From: Chitinophagaceae bacterium
Lineage (GTDB): Bacteria > Bacteroidota > Bacteroidia > Chitinophagales > Chitinophagaceae
Length of the DNA stretch: 53,944 bases
Assembly (NCBI GenBank): GCA_035526625.1
Contig: DATLCB010000247.1
Coordinates: 1 to 53,944, forward strand
Direction: 5' to 3'
Shown: one piece after another, positions 19,383 to 29,346 of the stretch
How the letters are laid out: the number at the start of each line of letters is the position of its first letter
Numbering within the stretch: the first letter of the stretch is position 1
Program-made: the position numbers and the translations under genes
The notes under the pieces: generated by a model
Database searches by the model: none
Seen by the model: only the letters and a program-made list of their open reading frames with translations
What the model was told of the DNA's origin: nothing

Positions 19383-19998
19383 TGCCGGCAAACGGTTCAA
19401 CCGTGACTGGATATTCCGTCATTTCAATTATACATTTGAATCTGGACGATCGTATGCGATCACCGGTCCGAACGGCTCAGGAAAAAGTACTTTGTTACAG
19501 GCACTGAGCGGAAGCATGATGCTGAGTGAGGGAAAGATCCAATGGGCAATGGGCCATCCCTCAACTGGCGCTCAGGATCAATTGGCAAATGAAGAAGTTT
19601 ATAAAGATGTCTCCATCTGCGCTCCTTATCTCGAGGTCATCGAAGAAATGACATTGAAAGAATTTTTAGATTTTCATCATGGCTTCAAACCATTTCTTCC
19701 GGGTATAACGACTGACATGATCATTGCCAGGCTTGGTTTGGAAAAAGCAGTGAACAAACAGATCCGGTATTACTCTTCTGGTATGAAGCAAAGAGTGAAG
19801 CTGGCGCAATGTATTTTTTCTGATACAGGGATCGTATTGCTTGATGAACCTTGTACGAATCTAGATACGGCGGGTATTGAACTTTATCATGCGCTGATAA
19901 CTGAATATTGTAAAGAAAGACTGGTGATCGTGAGCAGTAATGATCAGGTAGAATACAGTTTTTGTCATGAGAAGATCGATATTTCCTCCTGGAAATAA
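19363..19998 (+). CDS. Stand-alone ABC ATP-binding protein
   Basis: Walker A GPNGSGKST, signature YSSGMKQ, Walker B LLDEP; ATG 19363 overlaps the lpxA end. Confidence 0.88.
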   Translation: MTIYLSDAGKRFNRDWIFRHFNYTFESGRSYAITGPNGSGKSTLLQALSGSMMLSEGKIQWAMGHPSTGAQDQLANEEVYKDVSICAPYLEVIEEMTLKEFLDFHHGFKPFLPGITTDMIIARLGLEKAVNKQIRYYSSGMKQRVKLAQCIFSDTGIVLLDEPCTNLDTAGIELYHALITEYCKERLVIVSSNDQVEYSFCHEKIDISSWK

Positions 19999-20010
19999 AG
20001 TTGTCTCGTT

Positions 20011-21225
20011 TTACCGCTGACTTGCGATCAGCAAATTCAGATCTGTATATTTGAGATCGAACCGCTGGCTGAGGTAGAAATTAGTAAGCGCCCCTTTAAA
20101 GATATAGATACCACTGCGAAGATGGAGCTGGTGCCAAACCAGGTTCTCAAAGCCTCCCTCATCACCTGCTTCGAGCAACAAAGGCATGAGTACATTACTG
20201 ATGGCCTGCGAAGCCGTGCGGGCAAAGCCGGAAGGTATATTGGGTACACAGTAATGTATCACTCCATACTTCATAAAAATGGGATGCTCGTGTGAAGTGA
20301 TCTCCGACGTTTCAAAACAACCACCCCTGTCGATACTGACATCAATGATGACTGAACCAGGACGCATGTTACTTACCATCTCTTCCGTAACCACCATCGG
20401 CGTTCTTCCTGTTTCAGAACCAAGGGCGCCTACAGCCACTTCGCATGTCTTGAGTTGCTTGGACATCATCCTTGGCTCGATCACAGAGGTCCACATCCGC
20501 TGACCGATATTATTCTGCAGCCTTTTCAGACGATACACATTATTGTCAAATACTTTTACCGAAGCGCCTAATGCAAGCGCTGCCCTTGCAGCATATTCTC
20601 CCACAATACCCGCACCGATAATGATGACCTTGGTGGGTGCAATACCTGATATACCACCCAGCAATACGCCTTTGCCATGATTACTTGAACCAAGATATTG
20701 AGCGGCGATCAGCATCACGGCACTGCCTGCGATCTCGCTCATACTTCTTACTATGGGGTAAGAGTCACTGTCATCTTTCAGGTTCTCAAAAGAAATGGCG
20801 GTGATCTTTTTTTCCATCATCTTCTCCAATATGGCAGCTTTCATCACCGAAAGGTGAATAGGAGAAATAATGATCTGGTTTAACTGAAGAAGATCAAGGT
20901 CCTCATCGATAACCGGCGCACTTTTAACCAATATGGGAGCTTTGAATACATCGGCGCGGCTGTAAACAATTTTTGCGCCTGCCTCGCTGTAATCTTTATC
21001 GCCAAAATGCGAGGCTTCCCCTGCATTGTGTTCTATCAGCACCTGGTGCCCATTACTTATCAATACGCTTACTGCATCGGGTGTAAGGGCGATCCTGTTT
21101 TCCTGGAAGGCGATCTCTTTAGGGATCCCGATCATCATCCCCTGTGACTTGGGTTTAATATCCAGCGTTTCCTCTAATGTTTCGTAGCTGAAAGAAGTGC
21201 TGATCTTTGGCTTTTGCTGGCTCAT
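20011..21225 (-). CDS. ald: Alanine dehydrogenase
   Basis: IGIPKE...ENRIALTP, MSEIAG, GAGIVG Rossmann motif, DVSIDRGGCFETS, HYCVPNIP. Confidence 0.92.
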   Translation of the reverse strand: MSQQKPKISTSFSYETLEETLDIKPKSQGMMIGIPKEIAFQENRIALTPDAVSVLISNGHQVLIEHNAGEASHFGDKDYSEAGAKIVYSRADVFKAPILVKSAPVIDEDLDLLQLNQIIISPIHLSVMKAAILEKMMEKKITAISFENLKDDSDSYPIVRSMSEIAGSAVMLIAAQYLGSSNHGKGVLLGGISGIAPTKVIIIGAGIVGEYAARAALALGASVKVFDNNVYRLKRLQNNIGQRMWTSVIEPRMMSKQLKTCEVAVGALGSETGRTPMVVTEEMVSNMRPGSVIIDVSIDRGGCFETSEITSHEHPIFMKYGVIHYCVPNIPSGFARTASQAISNVLMPLLLEAGDEGGFENLVWHQLHLRSGIYIFKGALTNFYLSQRFDLKYTDLNLLIASQR

Positions 21226-21256
21226 GAAAAGAGTTGGTTAACTCGTTCAAATGTAC

Positions 21257-21679
21257 TTAAATACCAGCTATTTTGAGTCGTCTTGTTTTATCGTTTACCA
21301 GCTCGATAGTAGCATGTATGGTATCGTTGGGAAATATACCAGGCGCTTTATCAGGCCATTCAGCCAGGCATATATTGCCACTATAAAGGACATCTTCCAC
21401 TCCTGCCCGCATCGCTTCTTCCTCATCCTTTATCCTGTAAAGATCAAGATGGAAAAGGGACTTTTTGCTGACTTCATAGTACTCATATTCATTCACCAAA
21501 GAAAAGGTCGGGCTGCCCACAGCATCCTTCACCCCTTTTGCATCACAAAGAGCATGAATAAAAGTGGTTTTACCCGCACCCATTGGGCCATGAAAAGCAA
21601 AAATTTTTTTACCGGCCATAGCTTCCCAGAATTCTTTTGCAACCGCGTTGATATTTCCCAATGTAAAACTCCATTCCAT
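21257..21679 (-). CDS. tsaE: tRNA t6A37 biosynthesis ATPase TsaE
   Basis: GPMGAGKTT, SPTFSLVNEY, HLDLYR, EWP. Confidence 0.95.
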   Translation of the reverse strand: MEWSFTLGNINAVAKEFWEAMAGKKIFAFHGPMGAGKTTFIHALCDAKGVKDAVGSPTFSLVNEYEYYEVSKKSLFHLDLYRIKDEEEAMRAGVEDVLYSGNICLAEWPDKAPGIFPNDTIHATIELVNDKTRRLKIAGI

Positions 21680-21683
21680 TACG

Positions 21684-21765
21684 CAAATTTAACAGGAACT
21701 ACAACCACGTTGTAAACATATTTCCTTTGTCGCAAAACGGCTGTGGGCATTATTAAATAAATTTG
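21684..21765. promoter_or_regulatory. Divergent -7 elements (TAAATTTG) for tsaE and the P1B ATPase
   Basis: CAAATTTA at 21684-21691 and TAAATTTG at 21758-21765, each 4 bp from its ATG. Confidence 0.55.
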
Positions 21766-21769
21766 CATC

Positions 21770-23908
21770 ATGGAAAAAGTACAATGGAAGGTAGAAGGGA
21801 TGGACTGCACTACCTGTGCACTCAATATTCATCGCTACCTGGAGAAACAGGGGATGAAGAACGTAAGGGTGAATTTTTCAACAGGGGATGTGCTATTTGA
21901 TTCAGAGCAAACACTCGCAGAAGAAAAGATAAGTAAAGGTATCCACGACCTTGGGTACAAGGTAGTAGATACAGCCTCGAATGGTCGTTCACACGGGCAT
22001 GATCACGATGAAGAGGGCTCGATCAAATTCCTTCACACTCATTTACAGCGTTTCCTGTTCTGTCTTCCTTTTACAGCACTCCTAATGCTGCATATGATCC
22101 CCGGGGTTCATATTCATTGGCTGATGAATCATTGGGTGCAATTGGGTCTTACCATTCCTGTGTATTTAGTAGGGATGAGTTTCTTTGGGAAAAGTGCCTG
22201 GAAAAGCATCCGCAATGGCATGCCTAATATGAACGTATTGATCGCGGTAGGAGCCACGGCAGCTTTTGTGTATAGTTTATATGGATCACTTACAGGACAG
22301 TCGGAACAATACCTGTTCTACGAAACGGCCGCGACAATCATCACCTTGGTTTTCCTGGGCAACTACCTGGAAGAAGCTTCCATTGCTTCAACGCAAAAAG
22401 AATTGAATAAACTGGCGAGGTCTCAAAAAGTAATGGCCCATATGATCGCATTTGACGATGAGCACAAAGAGCAGATCTTCCAGGTAGAGAATACCCAGCT
22501 TCATGTAGGTGATCTTGTTCTTATCAAAAGCGGTGAACAGGTGCCGGTGGATTGTAAGATCCTTTGGGGCGATGTACAGGTAACTGAAGCTATCATCACA
22601 GGAGAAAGCGCACCGGTACATAAGAAAATAAAAGATAAATTGGTCGGTGGTAGTGTGATCAGTGATGGAACAGTCAAAGCACAGGTGACCGCAGTGGGTG
22701 ATGATACGGTATTGTCGGGTATCATCAATATGGTAAGACAGGCACAGGGTGAAAGACCACCTGTTCAGCAACTCGCTGATAAGATCAGCGCTGTTTTTAT
22801 ACCACTGGTCCTGGGGATCGCAGTTATTACATTAGGCATTAACTGGATCATTTTAAAAGATTTTACTCCTGCTTTGATGCGCAGCGTTGCCGTATTGGTG
22901 ATCGCATGCCCCTGTGCGATGGGATTGGCAACCCCTGCCGCTATTGCCGTTGGTTTGGGAAGAGGCGCTAAAACAGGCATCCTTTTCCGGAATGCTACCA
23001 GCATGGAAACTTTTAAGGATATCAAGCAGGTTGTGTTCGATAAAACGGGAACACTGACCACAGGGAAGTTCAAAGTTTCAGGTTCGAAGGTGGGGGTTGG
23101 TGAAGAAATGGATTTTAAAAAGATCGTTTATTCCCTTGAAAAATACTCCGGGCATCCTATAGCTAAAGCCATTACTGCTGAATGGAAGGGAAAAGACGAG
23201 ATAAAATGGAAAAAGATAGAAGAGGTAAAAGGCCTGGGGATGAAAGCAGAAGATACCCAAGGAAATACTTTTATCGCCGGTTCATTCAAAGCGGCTGAAC
23301 ATCTTACGAAAGAAGACGGGCATAATGTATATATCATCCGCAATGACACACTATTGGGCTGGATCGATGTAAAGGATGAAGTAAGAGCTGAGGCAAAACA
23401 GGTCATTGACTATTTACATCGCAAGCATATTAAAACGATACTACTGAGTGGTGACAGGTATGCAAAGACAAAAGCATTAGGTGACCAATTAGGGATCGGG
23501 ACAGTGATAGCTGAGCAAACACCTGAACAAAAACTGGCCAAGATCACTGCACTTACCGCTCACACTCCCACTGCAATGGTGGGTGATGGGATCAACGATG
23601 CTCCGGCTTTAGCGAAAGCCACGCTGGGCATCTCGATGAATGATGCTTCACAAATTGCTGTTCAATCCGCGCAGGTGATTTTAATGAATAACGGATTAAA
23701 GAATCTTCCCACTGCATTGGGTCTTGGGAAACACACTTATCTTACCATCAAACAAAATTTATTCTGGGCCTTTGCTTATAATATCGTGGCGATCCCTGTA
23801 GCGGCATTCGGTCTCCTCACACCAACATTCGGCGCATTGGTAATGGGATTGAGTGATGTGGTCCTGGCTATTAATTCTGTTCGTCTTTTCGTTAAGAAAG
23901 TTGTATGA
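21770..23908 (+). CDS. copA: Heavy-metal P1B-type ATPase (copper-type)
   Basis: HMA domain GMDCTTC, TGES, CPC, DKTGT, HP, GDGIND, YN in TM7. Confidence 0.85.
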   Translation: MEKVQWKVEGMDCTTCALNIHRYLEKQGMKNVRVNFSTGDVLFDSEQTLAEEKISKGIHDLGYKVVDTASNGRSHGHDHDEEGSIKFLHTHLQRFLFCLPFTALLMLHMIPGVHIHWLMNHWVQLGLTIPVYLVGMSFFGKSAWKSIRNGMPNMNVLIAVGATAAFVYSLYGSLTGQSEQYLFYETAATIITLVFLGNYLEEASIASTQKELNKLARSQKVMAHMIAFDDEHKEQIFQVENTQLHVGDLVLIKSGEQVPVDCKILWGDVQVTEAIITGESAPVHKKIKDKLVGGSVISDGTVKAQVTAVGDDTVLSGIINMVRQAQGERPPVQQLADKISAVFIPLVLGIAVITLGINWIILKDFTPALMRSVAVLVIACPCAMGLATPAAIAVGLGRGAKTGILFRNATSMETFKDIKQVVFDKTGTLTTGKFKVSGSKVGVGEEMDFKKIVYSLEKYSGHPIAKAITAEWKGKDEIKWKKIEEVKGLGMKAEDTQGNTFIAGSFKAAEHLTKEDGHNVYIIRNDTLLGWIDVKDEVRAEAKQVIDYLHRKHIKTILLSGDRYAKTKALGDQLGIGTVIAEQTPEQKLAKITALTAHTPTAMVGDGINDAPALAKATLGISMNDASQIAVQSAQVILMNNGLKNLPTALGLGKHTYLTIKQNLFWAFAYNIVAIPVAAFGLLTPTFGALVMGLSDVVLAINSVRLFVKKVV

Positions 23909-23910
23909 CG

Positions 23911-24045
23911 TGATTCGTCAGACGTGAGCCGTGAAAAGACGGCACTGGTTAAAGCATAATTTCTTATTTTAGGATAAATACTCATCATCGGCTGATGAAC
24001 CTGGAAAACACTTCTCACACCTCACGACTCACGATTCACGATATA
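23911..24045. repeat. Inverted pair of 7-bp tandem arrays; right array lies in the recQ 5' end
   Basis: TGATTCG TCAGACG TGAGCCG TGAAAAG ... CTTCTCA CACCTCA CGACTCA CGATTCA CGATATA. Confidence 0.7.
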
Positions 24046-25929
24046 CTTAAACAATATTGGGGCTTTGATTCCTTTCGCCCATTACAGGAAGCTATAATAA
24101 ACTGTATACTTGAAGGAAAAGATAGCCTGGCCCTGATGCCTACCGGTGGTGGCAAATCACTTTGTTACCAGGTACCCGCGATGGTAAAGCCGGGTTTATG
24201 TCTCGTCATTTCTCCATTGATAGCCCTTATGAAAGACCAGGTGGAAAATCTTCGCAGAAGGAATATCACGGCATTTGCTGTATATGCCGGGATGACAAGA
24301 AAAGAAGTGGTCAATATTTTCAAGATCGCATCGGAAAGCAATTGCAAATTCCTGTATGTCTCACCCGAAAGATTAGAGACCTCTTTGTTCAAAGAGTATC
24401 TTCCGGGCCTGGATATCACTCTTGTTGCTGTAGATGAAGCACATTGCATCTCGCAGTGGGGTTACGATTTCCGCCCTCCATACCTGCGCATAGCAGCATT
24501 GAGAGATGAGTTACCCACTGTTCCCTTCCTTGCTTTAACTGCATCTGCCACACCGGCAGTGCAAAACGATATCTGTGAGAAACTACAATTCAGTGATAAG
24601 AATATCTTCCGGCAATCATTTGAACGGCCTAACCTTTCTTACAGCGTCTTCCGTGTTGACTCCAAAATAAATAAAGTAATAGAGATACTCAAAAAGGTCA
24701 CAGGCACTTCCATCGTTTATTGCCGCAGTCGCAAACGAACAAAAGAAATAAGCGACCTGTTGAAATTACAGGGCATTGCCGCTGATTTTTATCACGCTGG
24801 GTTAGCACAGGAAGAAAGAAACAGTAAACAGGAAGCATGGATCAACAATAAAATAAGGGTGATCGTTTGTACGAATGCATTCGGGATGGGTATCGATAAG
24901 CCTGATGTAAGGACCGTTATTCATGCGGATGTTCCAGATTGCCTGGAAAATTATTACCAGGAAGCAGGCAGGGCCGGGCGGGATGGTAAAACTGCCTATG
25001 CCGTTTTATTACATGATGAGAGAGACATCCAGGAATTAAATGAGCTTTCATCCATTCGTTTTCCTTCACAGGAGGACATCAGGAATATTTACCAGGCTGT
25101 CGCCAATTATTTACAAATACCCACGGGCGCCGGCATAGGCCAGTATTATACATTTGATCTTCCTGACTTTTTGAGAAAATTCAAAACTGAAGCTCATACA
25201 GCTTTGTATTCACTCAAAGCCCTTGAGCAGGAAGGATGGTTGGCATTTAACGAACAGGTTTTCCTGCCTCCCTCTGTCGTGTTCACAACTAATAAGGACT
25301 ATTTATATTCCTTGGAAAAAGATCAGCCGGGGTTGGAACCATTGATCAAAACCTTGCTACGTTCTTATGAGGGAATCTTTGATCAGCCTTGTTCAATTTC
25401 CGAAAAGGTCATTGCCAACCTCCTTAAAAAAGACGCGGAAGAAATAAAACAACAATTGTCGCAACTTCAGCAGGCGGGTGTTATTGAGTACCAGCCCCAG
25501 AAAGACAGCCCGCAGATCTTGCTGTTACGCAGCCGCACAAAGTCAGAAGATATTCATATCAACATGGTAGAATACGGCAAACGAAAAGAGCAATTTCAAA
25601 CCCGGGTGAAACAGATAGTGGAGTACATAAAAGAGGAGACGGCTTGCCGGAGCCGCATTATCGGATCTTATTTTGGCGATGAGAAGATAGCTTCCTGCGG
25701 CATCTGTGATAATTGCCTGAAACTAAAAGCCACCCGGCTTACAAAAGATGAATTTGACATGCTCCATCACCGGATCATCAATATGGTAAAGTATGAAGCC
25801 TTGCAGACCAAAGACCTCTTGCAGAAATTGAATGGGATAAAAAAAGAAAAAGCCTGGAAGGTCATCGAATTCCTACAAGCAGAAAATAAGATCGAGATGG
25901 ATAATAAAGGTTGGGTGAGGCTTAAATAA
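23995..25929 (+). CDS. recQ: ATP-dependent DNA helicase, RecQ family
   Basis: MPTGGGKS, DEAHCISQWGYDFRP, QEAGRAGRDG, Zn motif CR...CGICDNC. Confidence 0.93.
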   Translation: MNLENTSHTSRLTIHDILKQYWGFDSFRPLQEAIINCILEGKDSLALMPTGGGKSLCYQVPAMVKPGLCLVISPLIALMKDQVENLRRRNITAFAVYAGMTRKEVVNIFKIASESNCKFLYVSPERLETSLFKEYLPGLDITLVAVDEAHCISQWGYDFRPPYLRIAALRDELPTVPFLALTASATPAVQNDICEKLQFSDKNIFRQSFERPNLSYSVFRVDSKINKVIEILKKVTGTSIVYCRSRKRTKEISDLLKLQGIAADFYHAGLAQEERNSKQEAWINNKIRVIVCTNAFGMGIDKPDVRTVIHADVPDCLENYYQEAGRAGRDGKTAYAVLLHDERDIQELNELSSIRFPSQEDIRNIYQAVANYLQIPTGAGIGQYYTFDLPDFLRKFKTEAHTALYSLKALEQEGWLAFNEQVFLPPSVVFTTNKDYLYSLEKDQPGLEPLIKTLLRSYEGIFDQPCSISEKVIANLLKKDAEEIKQQLSQLQQAGVIEYQPQKDSPQILLLRSRTKSEDIHINMVEYGKRKEQFQTRVKQIVEYIKEETACRSRIIGSYFGDEKIASCGICDNCLKLKATRLTKDEFDMLHHRIINMVKYEALQTKDLLQKLNGIKKEKAWKVIEFLQAENKIEMDNKGWVRLK

Positions 25930-25939
25930 AAGAATGTCT

Positions 25940-27484
25940 TCAAAATAAACCTTTCCTGCTCCTGCTGCGTCCACCAAGCCCCAATACGCCCAATAAAGTA
26001 CGTACAAGGGTGTTACCCGCTGTACGGGTCATACTCTTTACGGTGGGATTATCAAAAATGCTTTTCTCTTTTTTGGTTGTCGTTTTCTTTACGGGATCTT
26101 CCTGTTTTGTGTCAGCCTCCCTTTTAGCAGCTTCATCTAATTTCTCTGTAAGCATTTCGTAAGCGCTTTTACTGTCGATCACCTCATTGTATTTCGAAGC
26201 GATCTTTGAGCGGCTTACAACAGCATCGATCTCGGCATCAGTCAGGATATCCATCCGGCTTTGAGGTGGTCTTACCATACAATGCACCAGTGGAGTGGGA
26301 ATTCCTTTCTCATTTAAAATAGTTACAAAAGCTTCCCCCGTTCCTAATTGCGTGATCAGGTCCTCGGTCTTATAAAAATTCGTCTCCGGGTAATTCTCAG
26401 CCGTTTGTTTGATCACTTTCCTGTCAGCCGCTGTAAAAGCCCGCAAAGCATGTTGCACTTTCAATCCCAATTGCGCCAGTACAGAAGCCGGGACATCCAT
26501 AGGGTTCTGGGTACAAAAATAAATACCTATTCCTTTTGATCGGATCAGTTTAATGATCGTTTCAATTTGTTGTAACAAAGCCTCGTTTGCTTCCTGGAAG
26601 ATAAGATGTGCTTCATCGATGAACATGACAAGTTTCGGTTTATCCATGTCGCCTTCCTCGGGGCATGTCGCATACAATTCAGCCAGCAGTTGCAGCATAA
26701 AGGTCGAAAACAGTTTGGGCCTGTCCTGCAGGTCCGTTACCCGTACTATGGAGATCATTCCCCTGCCATCATCATTTATCCGCATCAGGTCGGCCACTTC
26801 AAAACTTTTTTCTCCAAAGAACACATCGGCGCCTTGCTGCTGGAGTTCGATCACTTTACGGAGTATAGTTCCGGTGGAGGTCGTTGAGATCTTTCCATAT
26901 GCTTTCTCCAGCTCAGCCTTGCCTTCATCGCTTACGAATTGCAGGACCTTGACAAAATCTTTCAGGTCGAGCAATGGCAATTTATTGTCATCGCAGTATT
27001 TGAATATCATAGCCACAAAACCACCCTGTGTATCATTCAACCCAAGGATCTTTGAAAGTAATACCGGCCCGAATTCGCTGACCGTTGCTCTTAGCCGCGC
27101 ACCTTTTTGCTCGCTGAGTGTAAGGAGGTCGACAGGATATCCGGTGGGTTTGAATTGAATATTTAATTTCTGACAACGCTCAGTAATTTTATCATTTACA
27201 GTCCCGGCAGCAGCGATCCCACTCAGGTCACCTTTGATATCCATCATGACCACCGGTATGCTGGCGTCACTTAATCCTTCGGCAAGAACTTGTAAGGTCT
27301 TTGTTTTACCAGTACCCGTAGCGCCCGCTATCAGTCCGTGCCTGTTAAGGGTTTTGAAAGGGACAAACACATCGGCGCCAGCTACGACATTTCCATCCAG
27401 CATGGCAGAACCTAATTTAAAAGCCTCCCCTTTGAACGTATAGCCTTCCTTAACTGTTTCGAAGAATTTTGCATTGTCTGCCAT
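25940..27484 (-). CDS. Helicase HerA-like / DUF853 (YjgR-like) ATPase
   Basis: NRHGLIAGATGTGKT, DIKGDLSG, FIDEAH, RSKG, TQNP, QHALRAFT. Confidence 0.88.
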   Translation of the reverse strand: MADNAKFFETVKEGYTFKGEAFKLGSAMLDGNVVAGADVFVPFKTLNRHGLIAGATGTGKTKTLQVLAEGLSDASIPVVMMDIKGDLSGIAAAGTVNDKITERCQKLNIQFKPTGYPVDLLTLSEQKGARLRATVSEFGPVLLSKILGLNDTQGGFVAMIFKYCDDNKLPLLDLKDFVKVLQFVSDEGKAELEKAYGKISTTSTGTILRKVIELQQQGADVFFGEKSFEVADLMRINDDGRGMISIVRVTDLQDRPKLFSTFMLQLLAELYATCPEEGDMDKPKLVMFIDEAHLIFQEANEALLQQIETIIKLIRSKGIGIYFCTQNPMDVPASVLAQLGLKVQHALRAFTAADRKVIKQTAENYPETNFYKTEDLITQLGTGEAFVTILNEKGIPTPLVHCMVRPPQSRMDILTDAEIDAVVSRSKIASKYNEVIDSKSAYEMLTEKLDEAAKREADTKQEDPVKKTTTKKEKSIFDNPTVKSMTRTAGNTLVRTLLGVLGLGGRSRSRKGLF

Positions 27485-27520
27485 AAGTATTATTTATGAT
27501 GCTGAAGGGTGTAAATGTAT

Positions 27521-28342
27521 CTAATACCGGAAAACTTCCAATGCTATTCTCCATCCCTGCTTTTCTCTTCTCCAGATGCGCAGGTAATTATGCTCTTTGT
27601 CTTTGATCATCGCGGTGCCGTACGTATAGCCCATATCCGGCACCAATGAAATTCCCCAACCGCTGGTTTTATATCTGGCGTCTGCAGGAGTAGCATCGAT
27701 TACAACTTGTCTTGCCGTGGCAGTTGTGGCTGGCAAAGATCCATTACGCGTTAAAATGCTTTCCCGTGAAAGCCATTCCTTATATGCTTTAGATCTGTTT
27801 TCTTCCAGCAATTGATTGAAACTATGATCCACAGATACCAGGGGACCTATAGCCGTCATCGTCTTTGCATCATCAGCTTCCTTTGGCGTATCAATAATTC
27901 TCTCTTCTTCACTGCCCGGCTGCGAATTATCGATCCCAAAATCAACTACGAATTTCCATTCCCCTTTTTCATTCAATCGCCAGACAGTAGAATATTGCCC
28001 TCTGGCGATAACTGAATCGGCCGGAGATCTCTGAAAGGTCCAGGGTCCGGTTGTATAACCAAAATCACCCGAAGCAGATATCTCGGCATATTGCGGATGC
28101 CATTTCAATACACCGGGTCGTTTTTCCCTTTTATTCCAGTATTCAATAGCGCTGATAGGTTTACCCTCATCAAACATAATACTGTTGCTGTCGATGAATT
28201 GCTGGAAGGCTTCTTTTGTACTATGGGCAACAGCATAAGCCGCAAAGTCCTTCTCTGCTTTGATAAGATTGTCGATCCCTTTCTGACCGATCGCCGATCG
28301 CCCGAGAAAGAATAGAATAGCAGTGATGATCGTTCTAGTCAT
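27521..28342 (-). CDS. Tandem DUF4440/NTF2-like domain exported protein
   Basis: Duplicated motifs GDFGYTTGPW...YSTVW and DMGYTYG...YLRIW. Confidence 0.7.
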   Translation of the reverse strand: MTRTIITAILFFLGRSAIGQKGIDNLIKAEKDFAAYAVAHSTKEAFQQFIDSNSIMFDEGKPISAIEYWNKREKRPGVLKWHPQYAEISASGDFGYTTGPWTFQRSPADSVIARGQYSTVWRLNEKGEWKFVVDFGIDNSQPGSEEERIIDTPKEADDAKTMTAIGPLVSVDHSFNQLLEENRSKAYKEWLSRESILTRNGSLPATTATARQVVIDATPADARYKTSGWGISLVPDMGYTYGTAMIKDKEHNYLRIWRREKQGWRIALEVFRY

Positions 28343-28592
28343 GCATGGCACAGTTTTTAATACATTATTACGTCAAATTAACGAAGACAAAAGTAAAAAA
28401 GCAAAAGGGTGAAAAACCGGTGGTTTTAACAAAATATTCCAGAGCAATGCTTGAACCCCCGAAATGCTTTAACTTTATTTGTCACCAAACCTCACCCTTT
28501 CCCTCTCCATCCTTCAATAAAACCAGGACCCGGGAGGGTAAGTCGAGATGGAATTAAGATAGAAGATGAAACAGCATTAAAAAAACAAATCA

Positions 28593-29291
28593 ATGGAAGC
28601 TAAAAAACCCCAAATCTTGTTGTGCGAAGACGATCCTAACCTTGGAAGTGTCCTGAAGAATTATCTTGAACTGAATGATTACGATGTTACCCTGGAAAGA
28701 GACGGGCGTTTGGGCCTTGCTGCTTTTCAGCGTGAAAAATTTGAACTCTGCCTGCTCGACGTTATGATGCCCAATATGGATGGATTCACGCTTGCGGAAG
28801 AGATCAGGGATGTGGACCCGGATATTCCGTTGTTCTTCCTTAGCGCAAAGACGATGAAGGAAGATGTGATCCAGGGTTATAAACTCGGCGCCGATGATTA
28901 TATCACCAAACCTTTTGATAGCGAGGTGTTGCTGCTTAAGATAAAAGCGATCCTGAAAAGGAATGAAGAGCAGAACAAGGAAAGCGAGAATAAAGAATTC
29001 GATCTTTCCAGCTACCATTTCAATCCGAAACTGCGTCAGCTTACACATAACGGCATCACACAAACTTTATCGCCTAAGGAGAATGAGTTGCTGAAAATGC
29101 TGGCAGAACACCTCAATGACCTTTTACCAAGGGACCAGGCATTAAAGAAGATATGGGGTAGCGATACTTATTTCAATGGCCGCAGTATGGATGTTTATAT
29201 TGCGAAGCTGCGTAAATACCTGAAAGACGACGAAAAGATCGAGATCGTGAACATCCATGGAAATGGCTTCAGGCTGGTGGTACAAAGCTGA
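28593..29291 (+). CDS. rprY: OmpR-family response regulator (RprY-like)
   Basis: EDD, LLDVMMP, GADDYITKPF, IWGSDTYFNGRSMDVYIAKLRK. Confidence 0.88.
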   Translation: MEAKKPQILLCEDDPNLGSVLKNYLELNDYDVTLERDGRLGLAAFQREKFELCLLDVMMPNMDGFTLAEEIRDVDPDIPLFFLSAKTMKEDVIQGYKLGADDYITKPFDSEVLLLKIKAILKRNEEQNKESENKEFDLSSYHFNPKLRQLTHNGITQTLSPKENELLKMLAEHLNDLLPRDQALKKIWGSDTYFNGRSMDVYIAKLRKYLKDDEKIEIVNIHGNGFRLVVQS

Positions 29292-29316
29292 TAAATCAAA
29301 ATATTGGAAAATATGG

Positions 29317-29344
29317 AAATGAGCGAGTGATGAGTCGCTCATTT
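29317..29344. terminator. Terminator between convergent rprY and ruvB
   Basis: 10-bp stem AAATGAGCGA/TCGCTCATTT followed by T tract. Confidence 0.75.
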
Positions 29345-29346
29345 TT

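Noticed and set aside
25940-27484. HerA-like ATPase as an anti-phage system
   Set aside because: It is the common DUF853/YjgR type with no nuclease or SIR2 partner nearby.
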